Source of the DNA: an uncultured Bacteroidales bacterium
GTDB taxonomy: Bacteria; Bacteroidota; Bacteroidia; Bacteroidales; VadinHA17
DNA: 64,000 nucleotides
Direction of reading: 5' to 3'
NCBI GenBank assembly: GCA_963719235.1
Contig: CAVRBS010000014.1
Span: 64,688 to 128,687 of the forward strand
The position numbers and the translations under genes are program-made. The notes below the pieces were generated by a model that was given only the letters and a program-made list of their open reading frames with translations, did not search any database and had not been told where the DNA came from. Of this stretch, positions 20,476 through 31,821 are shown piece by piece (within the stretch, counting starts at the first letter, position 1; each line of letters starts with the position of its first letter).

Positions 20476-21789
20476 TCATTGTTTAATGATTTTTCTTCTT
20501 ATGAAATTATCTGGCTGGTTAATCTCCAAAATATAAGTTCCTCGAGATAAATCAGAAGCATCTACATTTATTTGGTTGCCATTTAAGTTGTTTTTTTTAT
20601 AGACAATCTGTCCTAAGTTGTTATATATTTTTATCGATGAATTATGAAATGGTTTACCTGATAAAATTGTTATCTTATCAATGGTTGGATTTGGATAAAT
20701 ACTAATTTCGTCTTCTTCATTTAAATTGGTTATTCCTGATGGATTGCATATAGCTGGCGTTCCATTTGTTTGTCCGATAGTAAGTACACCGGAATTTACA
20801 GTCCAGTATTCATAGGTTCCACCCATTACCGTTATCCAATCATTTAAATTTACAGATTTTGTAGCTGCAGGGGCTGCATTATAATTACCCGGTCCTGCTA
20901 TAACATAAACTTTAACCCCGTTTGTCCAGGTAAGTGGTTGCCCCTGACTGCATGTTTCCGGAGCGGCACACCATTGCCTGAGAAAATAAGCTTTGCCCAA
21001 CCCCACAACCATTGCAATTCCATTTTCATCAATGCAAACAGCTGTTTTTTCGTTACAAGCAATACCCTTCACATCTACCATTGATGAGTTTGTAATCATA
21101 CGGGATAAAAATGTCATCAGCCTACCCTGTCTTCCTGTAATGCCGTTACTTGTAGTGCCCCCTTTTGTATTAAAATGAGTGTCGCAAATTGTTTTCTGCA
21201 AAAATGGATTATGTAAGAAATCATTATAGTGTATGCCTGTGCCTGATAAGTATGGATTAAGCAGAACTTCATCTGACAGAACGTTTGTAACTCCATCATA
21301 ATAAACATAACCTTGAATTGCCATGCCAGCACTGGTACCTCCGATAGGAACATGTTTGACATTTGCCAAATAATCCAGAGCCGACCCTAACGCAGTTCCC
21401 TTATAGTATGTGATATAATCATTTTGATCCCCACCGGCAAAAAAAACTGCTTCAGCCTTTCTTATTGTCTGAACAATCGCAGAATCATTTGAAAGCGTTA
21501 TTGAGTTAATAAGAAAGGTCTCAACTGAATTGGCAGACCCTAAACCGTATATATAATTGTTGTAAGCATTTGTGCCTGTGGCACGAATAACTACAAAATC
21601 TCCTCCACCTGATTTATTAATCATCCATGTAAAAGCTGCATCAACATCAGCACCTCCACCCATCAGCACCGTTCCGGCCGTGCATGCTGTATTTACATCA
21701 GAAGCAGATCCAACTCTTCCTAAACTTTGGGCTTTGGCGCAAATAACTCCGCTCAGGATAAGCCAAATTGCCAAAGTAATTATTTTCAT
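20476..21789 (-). CDS. Peptidase S51 (cyanophycinase-like) family protein with T9SS C-terminal sorting domain
   Basis: It has a signal peptide, FFAGGDQNDY, PIGGTSAGMAI and DTHF...GRQGRL, which are S51-type motifs. The C-terminus ISIYPNPTIDKITI...LSRGTYILEI is a Por/T9SS sorting domain. Confidence 0.7.
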   Translation of the reverse strand: MKIITLAIWLILSGVICAKAQSLGRVGSASDVNTACTAGTVLMGGGADVDAAFTWMINKSGGGDFVVIRATGTNAYNNYIYGLGSANSVETFLINSITLSNDSAIVQTIRKAEAVFFAGGDQNDYITYYKGTALGSALDYLANVKHVPIGGTSAGMAIQGYVYYDGVTNVLSDEVLLNPYLSGTGIHYNDFLHNPFLQKTICDTHFNTKGGTTSNGITGRQGRLMTFLSRMITNSSMVDVKGIACNEKTAVCIDENGIAMVVGLGKAYFLRQWCAAPETCSQGQPLTWTNGVKVYVIAGPGNYNAAPAATKSVNLNDWITVMGGTYEYWTVNSGVLTIGQTNGTPAICNPSGITNLNEEDEISIYPNPTIDKITILSGKPFHNSSIKIYNNLGQIVYKKNNLNGNQINVDASDLSRGTYILEINQPDNFIRRKIIKQ

Positions 21790-21932
21790 TTTACTCTCTT
21801 AAATGTTAAACATTCCCGGAAACCCCTCGAATTCGAGGATGCTAAAATCAGGATTGATCTGAAGTCATTTCAAAAAAGTCTTTGGCCAGTCCTAATAATT
21901 CATAAATTTATAAAACAAAATATAATAACGCC

Positions 21933-22851
21933 ATGAAAATGTTATTCAGTCTGATTAGCATGCTTATCACTTACTGTAGCATCGAACCTGAACGGACAGC
22001 AGGTATCTGACACAAGCTATAATCCTGTGATAAAGAACCCGGCATATGCCTCCGGTAAGGGTCCTGTGGTATATATTGATGAGGGTCACAATAACTTTCA
22101 TACGAAAGAGGGCAGGTACCTGCCTTTCGCCAGGCTCCTTGAAAGAGACGGGTACACCGTGGATGGCTATAAGGGCACTTTTGAGGCCGACAGGCTTAAG
22201 GGATGCAGGATACTTGTCATATCCAATGCCCTCAATGAGCTCAATACAGAGAATTGGTACCTCCCCACTCCTTCCGCATTCACTCCACAGGAGATAAAGA
22301 GTGTCAGGGATTGGGTGAAATCCGGCGGTTCACTGTTCCTCATCGCTGACCACATGCCTATGGGAGGTGCCGCAGCAGACCTGGCATCAGCCTTTGGATT
22401 TGCTTTCAGTAATGGTTTTGCAGTTGACACCGCCCGACCGGGACCAATAGCATTCTTGCGTGCTACAGGGGCACTGTGCGATAATATTATCACAAACGGC
22501 CGTGATCCGTCAGAGCGGGTTGATACCATAGTGACCTTCACCGGTCAGGCTTTCACGATACCTGATGATGCCTCGTCCATCCTTCGATTTGACGACAGGT
22601 ACGTGATGCTTCTCCCTGACACAGCCTGGGTTTTTGATAAAAGCACCAAGATGTTCAATATCGGTGGCTGGTCGCAGGCTGCATTTAAGAAGTATGGCAA
22701 AGGCAGAGTGGCCGTCGGCGGTGAAGCGGCCATGTTTACAGCACAACTGGCAGGCCCGCAGATGTACAGGGCAGGAATGAACTCACCGGAGGCAAAAGAG
22801 AATCATCAGCTGCTGTTGAATATCATACACTGGCTGGACGGGATATATTGA
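21933..22851 (+). CDS. Hypothetical secreted protein (DUF4350/GldG-like fold suspected); 5' end frameshifted
   Basis: ORF 22027..22851. Its frame is open back to 21955 (LACLSLTVASNLNGQQ...). ATG 21933 in another frame gives MKMLFSLISMLIT..., so a signal peptide is recovered only with a 1-nt correction near 21966-21980. Confidence 0.5.
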
Positions 22852-22971
22852 ATCGATCCATTTGTTAAGGGTTTGCATCGGACAGGACCTGTTGCAGAGC
22901 CGTTAAAAGATAGAGGAAGTATTTTTTGCTATCTTTAAAATGATTGAACAGCCAAAAATACAAGTAAAGAA

Positions 22972-24114
22972 GTGAGTAAAATTCTGGTGTTAGGTGCCGG
23001 GATGGTAGGCAGAGCAATGGCTATCGACCTGGCAAAAAAGCATGAGGTCACACTGGCAGACCTGCATGATAAACCTTTAACAGAGGCAAAGGAGAAATGC
23101 AGGCTCCTTAATACACTGAAGCTGGATGTAAATGACCATAAAAGCCTTCAATCGGCACTCAGACCTTTCGATCTCGTCGTTTGTGCAGTGCCCGGATCGC
23201 TGGGTTTTCATACTGTCAGGCAGATTATTGAATCAGGTAAAAATGCGGTGGACATCTCTTTTTTCCCGGAGAACGCTCTTGACCTCGATAAATCAGCAAA
23301 GGAAAAAGGAGTAACTGTTTTTGTTGACAGCGGCGTTGCCCCCGGAATGGATAATCTCATACTGGGACATTATAACGAAATCTTAAAGCTGACCGACTTC
23401 GAATGCCTCGTAGGCGGATTGCCCAGGGTAAAAAAGTGGCCCTTTTATTATAAAGCTCCCTTTTCCCCTATCGATGTAATAGAGGAATATACAAGGCCTG
23501 CCCGGTATGTTGAAAACGGTAATATTGTCGTGCGCGAGCCTCTGACAGACTGTGAAATGCATGAATTCGACAGGGTGGGCACGCTGGAATCGTTCAATAG
23601 TGACGGGTTAAGGACAATCCTGTTCACCATGCCCAACATCAGGAATATGAAGGAGAAAACACTCAGGTATCCGGGACATGTGGAATATGTCAGGGTGCTG
23701 AAGGAAAGCGGCTTCTTTAACAAGGATAAGATAACGGTAAACGGAATGGAGGTTACGCCACTGGAGGTTACCAATAAAATTCTCTTCAGTGAATGGAAAT
23801 TAGGCGACACAGAAGAAGAGATGACAGTTATGCGCATCACACTGAAGGGCGAAAATTCAACCGGAAAAATTGAGAAGGTGGTATATAACTTATATGATGA
23901 ATATTGTGCCGAAACGCAAACATCATCGATGGCGAGGACCACGGGCTATACTGCCACAGCGATCGTAAACCTGTTCCTGGAGGGCCTGTTTAACGGGAAA
24001 GGGGTGTTCCCGCCTGAACTCACCGGAAAGAACGAGGCGTGTTTCAATTACATTATGGACTATCTCCGGGAGAGAGGTATACATTACGAGAGAACAAGTA
24101 CGACAGAGCAGTAA
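22972..24114 (+). CDS. Saccharopine dehydrogenase family NAD(P)-binding protein
   Basis: 380-aa ORF with the Rossmann start SKILVLGAGMVGRAMAIDL and the overall Sacchrp_dh N/C profile. It has a GTG start. Confidence 0.75.
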   Translation: MSKILVLGAGMVGRAMAIDLAKKHEVTLADLHDKPLTEAKEKCRLLNTLKLDVNDHKSLQSALRPFDLVVCAVPGSLGFHTVRQIIESGKNAVDISFFPENALDLDKSAKEKGVTVFVDSGVAPGMDNLILGHYNEILKLTDFECLVGGLPRVKKWPFYYKAPFSPIDVIEEYTRPARYVENGNIVVREPLTDCEMHEFDRVGTLESFNSDGLRTILFTMPNIRNMKEKTLRYPGHVEYVRVLKESGFFNKDKITVNGMEVTPLEVTNKILFSEWKLGDTEEEMTVMRITLKGENSTGKIEKVVYNLYDEYCAETQTSSMARTTGYTATAIVNLFLEGLFNGKGVFPPELTGKNEACFNYIMDYLRERGIHYERTSTTEQ

Positions 24115-24222
24115 CCCGGCATTGTAATGTTACAGGCTTATATTATCCCGGAATAAAGAATTAAGATCCCTGGCGCCAACTTATCAAAGCCGGGCAAACA
24201 TTTGCCGGGGTGGTTTGTTTAA

Positions 24223-26033
24223 ATGAAAGACATACAATTTATGCCCGGGCCAGAGTATTTTAAAAGGAACAATCTTGATAAGTCATCATCGCCATACCTT
24301 CTGCAGCATGCAGGTAACCCGATATGGTGGCAGGAATGGAGCAGGGATGCAGTGGAGCAGGCTTTACGGACAATCAGCCTGTGTTCGTTTCCATAGGATA
24401 CGCAACCTGTCACTGGTGCCACGTGATGGCTGCCGAAGCCTTCTCAGACACTGAGACAGCCTCTTACCTGAACGATAATTATGTCTGTATCAAGGTCGAC
24501 AGGGAACAGCGGCCTGACATCGACCAGATCATGATGCATTTCATCCAGGCGCAAAGCGGCAGCGGAGGATGGCCCCTGAACGTCTTCCTGACGCCCGGGC
24601 TAAGACCGATCTATGCACTCACCTATGCACCGACCAGCTCATCCGGTAACAGGATTTCTTTCCTTGATATTGCAAAGAGCGTTCGCCGGTATTTCGAAAC
24701 AAACGGAAAGGGAGTTCCCGTATTTAATCCCTCAGAGGAAGAGCCACCTGTTGCAGCAGAAGAGACAATGGTTGAAGAACTGGCATCCTATTTTGATCAT
24801 GAACACGGCGGCTTCGGCATGGGACAGAAGTTCCCGCCTCATTCGACACTGCTGTTCCTGCTCTACCTCCTGCCGGTAAGGGATGACGCTGAGATCAGAA
24901 CGCTCTGCACATCGACGCTGGATGCCATGATGCTTCGCGGACTGAACGATCACCTCCAGGGAGGGATCTTCCGCTACTGCGTGGACCGTGAATGGACCAT
25001 ACCGCATTTTGAGAAGATGCTCTACGACCAGGCCATGGCGCTATGGTGTTACTCACTGGGCTATAAGGTGACAGGCAGAGATGATTATAAGATCATGGCT
25101 GAAAAGATCGTGAGATGCCTTGACGAGTGCTTTGAAGAGGATGGATTGTACATTTCTGCTTTTAACGCAGATACAGGTCATGAAGAGGGAGCAACATATC
25201 TCTGGAGTTTCCGGGAGATTGAAGATGCGCTTGACCCGGAGGATTTTCGACGGTTCTGCGAAACCTATATTATAAGCGAAGAAGGTAACTTTGAGGGATT
25301 GAACCACCTGATAAGAAGGAACAGTAATCGTTTAAACGATATCGAAGACAAACTGCTCACTATACGGAATTCGAGGCAGCAACCCACCAGGGATGACAAG
25401 ATCGTCTGCGGCATCAATGCGCTTGTCGCTGCCGCAATGATACAGGCAGGCCGGATGCTTGACAGGCCTGAGTTGGAGGTGAAGGCTGCGGAGACCGTTA
25501 AAAGCCTTCTGAACAGATTCTGGGACAGTACAACTCTCGGACACTCTTACTACAACGGCCTGCTTCAGAAACAGAGCTTCCTGTCAGATGCCGGGGCAAT
25601 GCTTACTGCAATAACGATGCTGTTCGAAAATGATGAGACATGGGGCGAGAAGATGACCGCGATGGCTCTTTATGTGGAATCATTCAGGGAGAACGGTAAG
25701 TGGATTGAGTTGCGGGCTGAAGATTTTCAGACGGTTTATGCATCATGGTTCGATCATCCTGTTCCTTCAGGGGTGAGTTTTGCAGAGACAGGACTGACCC
25801 GTGCTGCACTGCTGACAGGGAAGGATTGCAGGCCAGCAGATTACAGGAGGCCGTTCCAGTCAGATTTTTACAATATCAGTGCTTTGATCAGCAACGGCCT
25901 GTTTCACGTTTACACCACCGTTAAACCGATCCCCTGGATGCATATCCCGGTCAATTCGATACAAAAGAGAGGTGAGCCGGAGACGGATTGTTACAACGGG
26001 GTCTGCAGGATTCCGGATTTGATGGACTTGTAG
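24223..26033 (+). CDS. Thioredoxin-domain protein of the DUF255/YyaL family, frameshifted at T-run 24363-24365
   Basis: The ATG 24223 frame gives MKDIQF...SSSPYLLQHAGNPIWWQEWSRDAVEQA. ORF 24324..26033 continues FTDNQPVFVSIGYATCHWCHVMAAEAF...VDREQRPDID. Together these form the canonical DUF255 N-terminus. Confidence 0.8.
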
Positions 26034-26150
26034 CACGGGACATGCTGGTGATCCCGCGGAGCGGGAGAGGCAGACCCGCGAAGAGGGAGAGTATGGAGGA
26101 GGGAGAAGGCAATAGGCAATAGGCACCGACAGTAGTGTTGGCATGCAAGG

Positions 26151-27122
26151 TTATACAGGCACATGAACCGTAATAACTACATTCCCCTTTTTGTGACCTT
26201 GATCGACATACCTGTGGGCCTCGGCAATTTGTTCCAGTGAATAGTGTCTATCTATGACCGGTTCTATCTTTCCCGCCTCGATAAGTTCTTTCAGGAAAAC
26301 GAGATTCTCCTTTCTCTCGGTTGCTACTCCACCAATTACTTTCTTACTGCTTGTTATTGAAGTCCAAAGTCCTTGAACAAATGGTGATAATGTCATGTGG
26401 ACAGCTCTAAGATAGATCCCTCTTTGTTTTAATGATCTTACACAGCCAGAAAACGGGCTTTTACCTGTCGTGTCAAAAATAATATCATAGAACAGGCCAC
26501 TTTTGGTAAAGTCCTCTTTAGTGTAATCAATCACCTTGTCGGCTCCCAATGATTTAACCAGTTCTACGTTCGCAGTACTGCATACGCCGGTGACTTCCGC
26601 CCCAAAGTACTTAGCAAGCTGGATTGCAGCTGTACCTAAACTACCGGATGCACCATAGATAAGCACTTTTTGTCCAATCGTGATATTCCCTTTTCTGAGA
26701 AAATGCAATGCTGTATTTCCCCCGAAAGGAATGACAGATGCTTGTTCATAGGTTAAATTTGCCGGTTTTATTGCAAGAGTCCCCTCTTCAGGCAGACATA
26801 TGTACTCGGCATTAGCACCAAGACTCAATCCTGCCTGTCCAAAAACCTGGTCGCCCGTACTAAACATTTTTACATTTTTGCCCACAGCTTCAATTTCTCC
26901 GGCCAATTCATTTCCGAGAACAGTTATCTTTTTTGGTCTTGTGAGGCCATTGATAAATCTTACAGCAAATGGATCAGCCTTGCGCATCCGACAGTCTCCT
27001 GACGTTACGGTTGTCGCATATATTTTTATAAGTACTTCATTGTCGCTAGGAATAGGTTTTTCAACCTCTTTGAGCTTCAGAACGTCAGGTGATCCGTATT
27101 TTGTAAAGACAGCTGCTTTCAT
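26151..27122 (-). CDS. Medium-chain (zinc-type) dehydrogenase/reductase, quinone oxidoreductase-like
   Basis: 323-aa ORF with [23 protein letters not shown], the nucleotide-binding site [18 protein letters not shown], and the C-terminus HKKGNVVI. Confidence 0.85.
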   Translation of the reverse strand: MKAAVFTKYGSPDVLKLKEVEKPIPSDNEVLIKIYATTVTSGDCRMRKADPFAVRFINGLTRPKKITVLGNELAGEIEAVGKNVKMFSTGDQVFGQAGLSLGANAEYICLPEEGTLAIKPANLTYEQASVIPFGGNTALHFLRKGNITIGQKVLIYGASGSLGTAAIQLAKYFGAEVTGVCSTANVELVKSLGADKVIDYTKEDFTKSGLFYDIIFDTTGKSPFSGCVRSLKQRGIYLRAVHMTLSPFVQGLWTSITSSKKVIGGVATERKENLVFLKELIEAGKIEPVIDRHYSLEQIAEAHRYVDQGHKKGNVVITVHVPV

Positions 27123-27128
27123 GAGTAA

Positions 27129-27534
27129 TTATTCAAATTCGCCTTCAGGATTACGCCATTTCCATGCATAAAAGACAATTAGTGCAGTACTCGCAATTTC
27201 TATAACTGTGAAAAATACATAATACATAGTTGGCTTTGCAACAAAAAGAGTCACTGGCAGTACCACTGTCATTATTGTGCCTGCGATTATGCTCGCCAGT
27301 CGACTTGCCCGATACTTTAAAATCCGGGACAAGAGGACCATCGTAATCGGAATCATCATGAATATGGCACCTCCCAACAGGAATCCTTCAGTCATTTGAA
27401 TCGATCCGTGTTTAACAGGGTCCATTAATGTTACAACATCGCCGTAGGTATAAGTGAGGATTGCAAATAGCCACAGTGCGGAGAGTTCTCACTTTCATGT
27501 CCGGTAATTGAGTGGTCTTCTTAACGTCATTCAT
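27129..27534 (-). CDS. Small multi-pass membrane protein (DUF6326-like), frameshifted near 27480
   Basis: ATG 27532-27534 gives MNDVKKTTQLPDMKVRTL. The frame of ORF 27129..27425 is open from there and reads SALWLFAILTYTYGDVVTLMDP.... The junction is at a CC run. Confidence 0.5.
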
Positions 27535-27809
27535 ATTTTTTATTTTTAGTTATCAGTATGGGACTTAGCTTTTATTATTCGTCGCAAGGACTAATCCATT
27601 GTATATTAACATTATTAATAAGATAGAGTTCATCATCCAGTGTAATTTACTCTGCGAATGACCAATATTTTTAGTATTTTCCAGAATGCAGGCCAACGTT
27701 CGGCGGAACCGATCCCGACACCAAAAGGGGAATCCCGCTTCAGCGTGAAAGCAAAGCAAGCAAGGAAGGTTACGGATCTAAATGATCTCCGGGATAGCCG
27801 GAAACTGTT

Positions 27810-28535
27810 TCAGGCCAGTCCAGGCAGGCGTTTTTTAAAGAATGCCAGCAAAAGCAAAACAGCCACAACGCCCAAGGCAACAGCTGCAACAATGAAGATA
27901 GTGCGGTAATCAGCCTGGCGCTTTATCATTATTCCTGCAAAAGCCCATACCACCGATAACCCAATGAATGGATTATCAAGCCACCAGAGAGCCATAACAG
28001 TTATCAGGGCACCGACGATGATCATTATGACTGTCCATGTCTCTCCGGAAAGGCCAAAGCCGTTCCAGTTGTATGTAACAAGAAGAGCCGTCACATTGGC
28101 TATGGTGGCAATACAGATCCAACCCATGTAGATGCCGAAAGCTGCCTTGATCAGACCGTAGGGCAAGTCTTTGACAATAATGTTTATCCAGATCAGCGAT
28201 ACAAGCAATCCCAGCATAAGGATCAGTGAGAGTGGAAGCCTTTCATAATGCCATGCAACTATCCAAAGTGCATTAAAGAAACATGACACAGCAAACAGCC
28301 AGCCTATCCGGGAAATGACTGCCTGATTTGATGAAGTGAACTGGGTGACACAAAAAACCAGGAGCAGCAGATAGATCACACCCCAGATCGAGAAGGTAAG
28401 TCCTGCCGGGACAAAGAGGTTAGGGAATGAGTCGGACAGAGCCCCGGTAGTCTTGCCGTTAAGAGGAAGGGCATTGGCCAGATAGTTCATGACTATCATG
28501 ACAGCGAAGAAGAGAATGTTTATGTAGCGCATCAT
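27810..28535 (-). CDS. Multi-pass membrane protein (TspO/MBR-related N-terminal motif)
   Basis: 241-aa hydrophobic ORF with LPLNGKTTGALSDSFPNLFVPAGLTFSIWGVIY, a motif I associate with TspO/MBR-related proteins. The assignment is tentative. Confidence 0.4.
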   Translation of the reverse strand: MMRYINILFFAVMIVMNYLANALPLNGKTTGALSDSFPNLFVPAGLTFSIWGVIYLLLLVFCVTQFTSSNQAVISRIGWLFAVSCFFNALWIVAWHYERLPLSLILMLGLLVSLIWINIIVKDLPYGLIKAAFGIYMGWICIATIANVTALLVTYNWNGFGLSGETWTVIMIIVGALITVMALWWLDNPFIGLSVVWAFAGIMIKRQADYRTIFIVAAVALGVVAVLLLLAFFKKRLPGLA

Positions 28536-28763
28536 ATGTTGTTTATGTTCCGACGATAAATTTATAAAAAGTAAAACGATTCAAAAACAGAAATGAAAAT
28601 ATCAGAAAGTTTTCAGGACCCTGATAAAGTATTTCTAAAAATTTCTAACTTTAAGAAGTTAAACACATTTTGTTTTAACTCCGATGTTAAAGTAACCCTT
28701 GCAAAGCATAGCGGCTTATCACTCAGATCCTATATCAGAAAAACTCAAGAAACATTTTATATA

Positions 28764-31700
28764 ATGAAAAAAATCATTCCACAACCACAATCCGTAAGTA
28801 CCGCAGGTTTCAGGTTTGTTGTCTGTGTACTGCTTCTTCTGGTTAATGGCGTTTCGTTTGCAGATGGTCTGAAATTCACTCCGAAAAGTCAACAGGAGAA
28901 TGAGGCTATTTCAGATCAGGCTCAGAAAGAAATACGCATCACAGGCAAGGTTCTGGACGAAGAAGGGAAACCGCTGCCAGGTGCAAGCATATTGCTTGTT
29001 GGTTCAGTAAAAGGGGTTATGTCAGATGCTGACGGGTCCTATGTTATTACTGTTCCTTCCACTGCGAGTACCCTCGAGTATTCTTATGTGGGTTATGTAA
29101 AACAACAGATCAGGGTCGGAACCAGCACGGTTATTAATGTAACGCTGGTAATGCAGTACAATAGCATTTCAGCGGTGGTTGTCGTCGGATATGCAACAGA
29201 GCAGAAGGCTCTTCTGACCGGTTCTATTGATGTGGTCAACTCTGAGGTGATCAGGGATATCCCTGTTATGAATATTGACAACCTTATGCAGGGTCAGGCA
29301 AGCGGAGTGCAGGTTACGCAAAACTCCGGAACACCGGGAGGGTCAACTTCAGTAAGGATACGAGGAGTGAACTCGATCAGCGGTTCCAATCAGCCTCTTT
29401 ATGTAATCGATGGAATCCCTGTTGTTACAGGTGATTATGGACAGGTCGGATATGAAGGACAGGGAATAAATGCCTTGTCCGACCTCAATCCTAATGATAT
29501 CGAATCGATAAGCATTCTGAAGGATGCGGCAGCCGCATCAATTTACGGAGCGCGTGCATCAAACGGTGTTATTGTCATCACCACAAAAAGAGGCGCCAAT
29601 CAGAAAACACAGGTCAGCCTGAATGCATATTACGGAGTGCAACAGGTGTGGAGGACACTTGATATGCTTGATGCTCTTGGATGGATGGAATACAGGAATG
29701 ACCTTGCAGGCACGCCTGTTTTTTCGCAGGAGGAAATGGACAATATAACCATTGACACAGACTGGCAGGAAGAGATTTTCCGCACTGCACCCAATGCAAA
29801 TTATGAGCTGACAGCCAATGGCGGAAACGAGAAGACAAAGTTCTTTATGAGCGGCGACTACTTCACACAGGATGGTATCCTGATAGGAACAGATTATCAA
29901 AGGCTGAACGGAAGATTAAATCTGGACCATAATCTCTCCGATAAAATCACTGTCGGAGCAAGCGTTGGACTGACCTATGCCAAAACCAACCGTGTGGAAG
30001 GAGACCAGACGCTCCACGGCCCGCTGCCCAACGGTATCTCCACTCCGGCTATTTATCCCGTATACAATGAAGATGGCTCTTATAACCAGGATGGTCCTTA
30101 TTCAAATGCGGTATCCATTGCCAATGAGGCAATCAATGAGAACTTTTCATTCCGGGCGCTGGCCAACACTTACCTAACCTGGCAGATCATACCCCGCCTG
30201 AGCTTTACAACCAAATGGGGAGCAGACTTTTTAAACTTCCGCGAGCATGCTTTCGAGTACAATACAGTTCAGGGACAAAAATACAACGGACTGGGATTTG
30301 AGACATACACCAATGTGCTCAATATAGTCTCAAACAACCTGCTCACCTATGACTTCTCAGCCAATGAGAATAATTTCGGATTTTTACTGGGTTACAGCTT
30401 TGAAAAATACCAGGACAGGTCTTCGTTTATCAGGGCCCAGGACTATGCCGATGAAAGCCTTGAATACATCAATTCTGCCACAACAATTGCATCGGCCAGT
30501 TCAGATGCAAACAACTCAGGGTTAAGCTCATTCTTCGGAAGGATAAATTATGATTATGATACAAAATACATAGTCTCTCTGTCGGGCCGGTTTGATTCAT
30601 CCTCAAAATTCGGAGAAAACAACCGGACAGGTTTTTTCCCGGCAGCATCAGTCGCATGGAGGCTGGGCGAGGAAGATTTCATGGATAACCTTTCATCAGT
30701 ATCCGAGTTGAAAATAAGAGCCAGTTACGGCCTCACGGGTAATGATGACATCCCACCCTTCCTTTATGCCGAACTGTACGGTGTCACCTCTTACAACAGT
30801 GCATCGGCGATCTATCCGAGCAGCATCCCGAACCCGGATCTGAAATGGGAAAGCACGGCCCATCTGGATATCGGTCTGGATTTAGGATTTCTGGAGAACC
30901 GGATATTCCTCACCATCGATTACTATAATAAACAGACCAAGGATCTGCTTCTTGCAAGGCCATTGCCGGGAAGTTCCGGGTTTTCTTCCATAACAGAAAA
31001 TATCGGACAGGTCGAAAACAAGGGGCTGGAGCTGAATTTAACAACCAACAACCTGGTTGGCAAATTCAAATGGAATACGATGGCAAACCTGTCCTTCAAC
31101 AGAAATAAGGTGCTTAAGCTATACAACGGACAACCCATCGATGATATCGGGCGCGGAGGCAACCGTGTGATGGAGGGTCAGCCGATCGGCATATTCTACA
31201 GTTATGAATGGCTGGGTATCGACCCCTCAACAGGAGACTGCGTCTATTCCGATTTAAAGAAAGATGATCAGATAACAACCGAGGACCGCACCATAGTCGG
31301 AAATCCTCATGCCGATTTTCACGGGTGGCATAACCAATAACCTCAGTTACATCGGTTTTGACCTGAGTGTTTTCCTGCAGTTTTCATACGGGAATGATAT
31401 ATTCAACGGTTCTCGTCTGTTTCTCGAATCGCTACAGGGCGGTGATAACCAGGTTGCTGACATTGAACGCAGATGGCAGGAGCCCGGCGATATAACAGAT
31501 ATCCCCAGGGCAACCTCTGATGCTGTTGCTGCAGCGTCAAACAAGCGCGTTTCATCGAGGTTCATCGAGGACGGATCATACCTGAGGATTAAAAACCTGA
31601 CTCTTGGATACACTTTCAGTGATAATCTGATACGCAAACTGCACCTCTCAAACCTGAGGATCTACCTCACCTGTCAGAACCTGTTCACATTTACCAACTA

Positions 31701-31818
31701 TTCAGGCCTTGATCCTGAGGTGAATTACCTGGGCGATGACAATACGGTTATCGGGACGGATTTCTTTACATATCCGGAGGCACGTAGTTACAATTTCGGC
31801 GTTAATTTAAAATTCTAA
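28764..31818 (+). CDS. SusC/RagA-family TonB-linked outer-membrane transporter, frameshifted at T-run 31316-31319
   Basis: ATG 28764 (MKKIIPQPQ...) leads into a CarboxypepD_reg domain (ITGKVLDEEGKPLPGASILLVG) and a plug (SVRIRGVNSISGSNQPLYVIDGIPV). ORF 31309..31818 continues FTGGITNNLSYIGFDLSVFLQFSYGNDIFN...NFGVNLKF, the SusC C-terminus. Confidence 0.9.
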
Positions 31819-31821
31819 GCC

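Noticed and set aside
24219-24422. ORF 24219..24422 (-), and likewise 60298..60684 (-)
   Set aside because: Each is antisense to the 5' part of a well-supported gene (DUF255 protein, lipoprotein) or runs through tandem repeats. There are no motifs.
27565-27909. ORFs 27565..27759 (-) and 27658..27909 (+) in the spacer after the TspO-like gene
   Set aside because: They are overlapping, oppositely oriented and compositionally odd (Arg/Cys-rich), with no motifs. The second overlaps the 3' end of a real membrane-protein gene.
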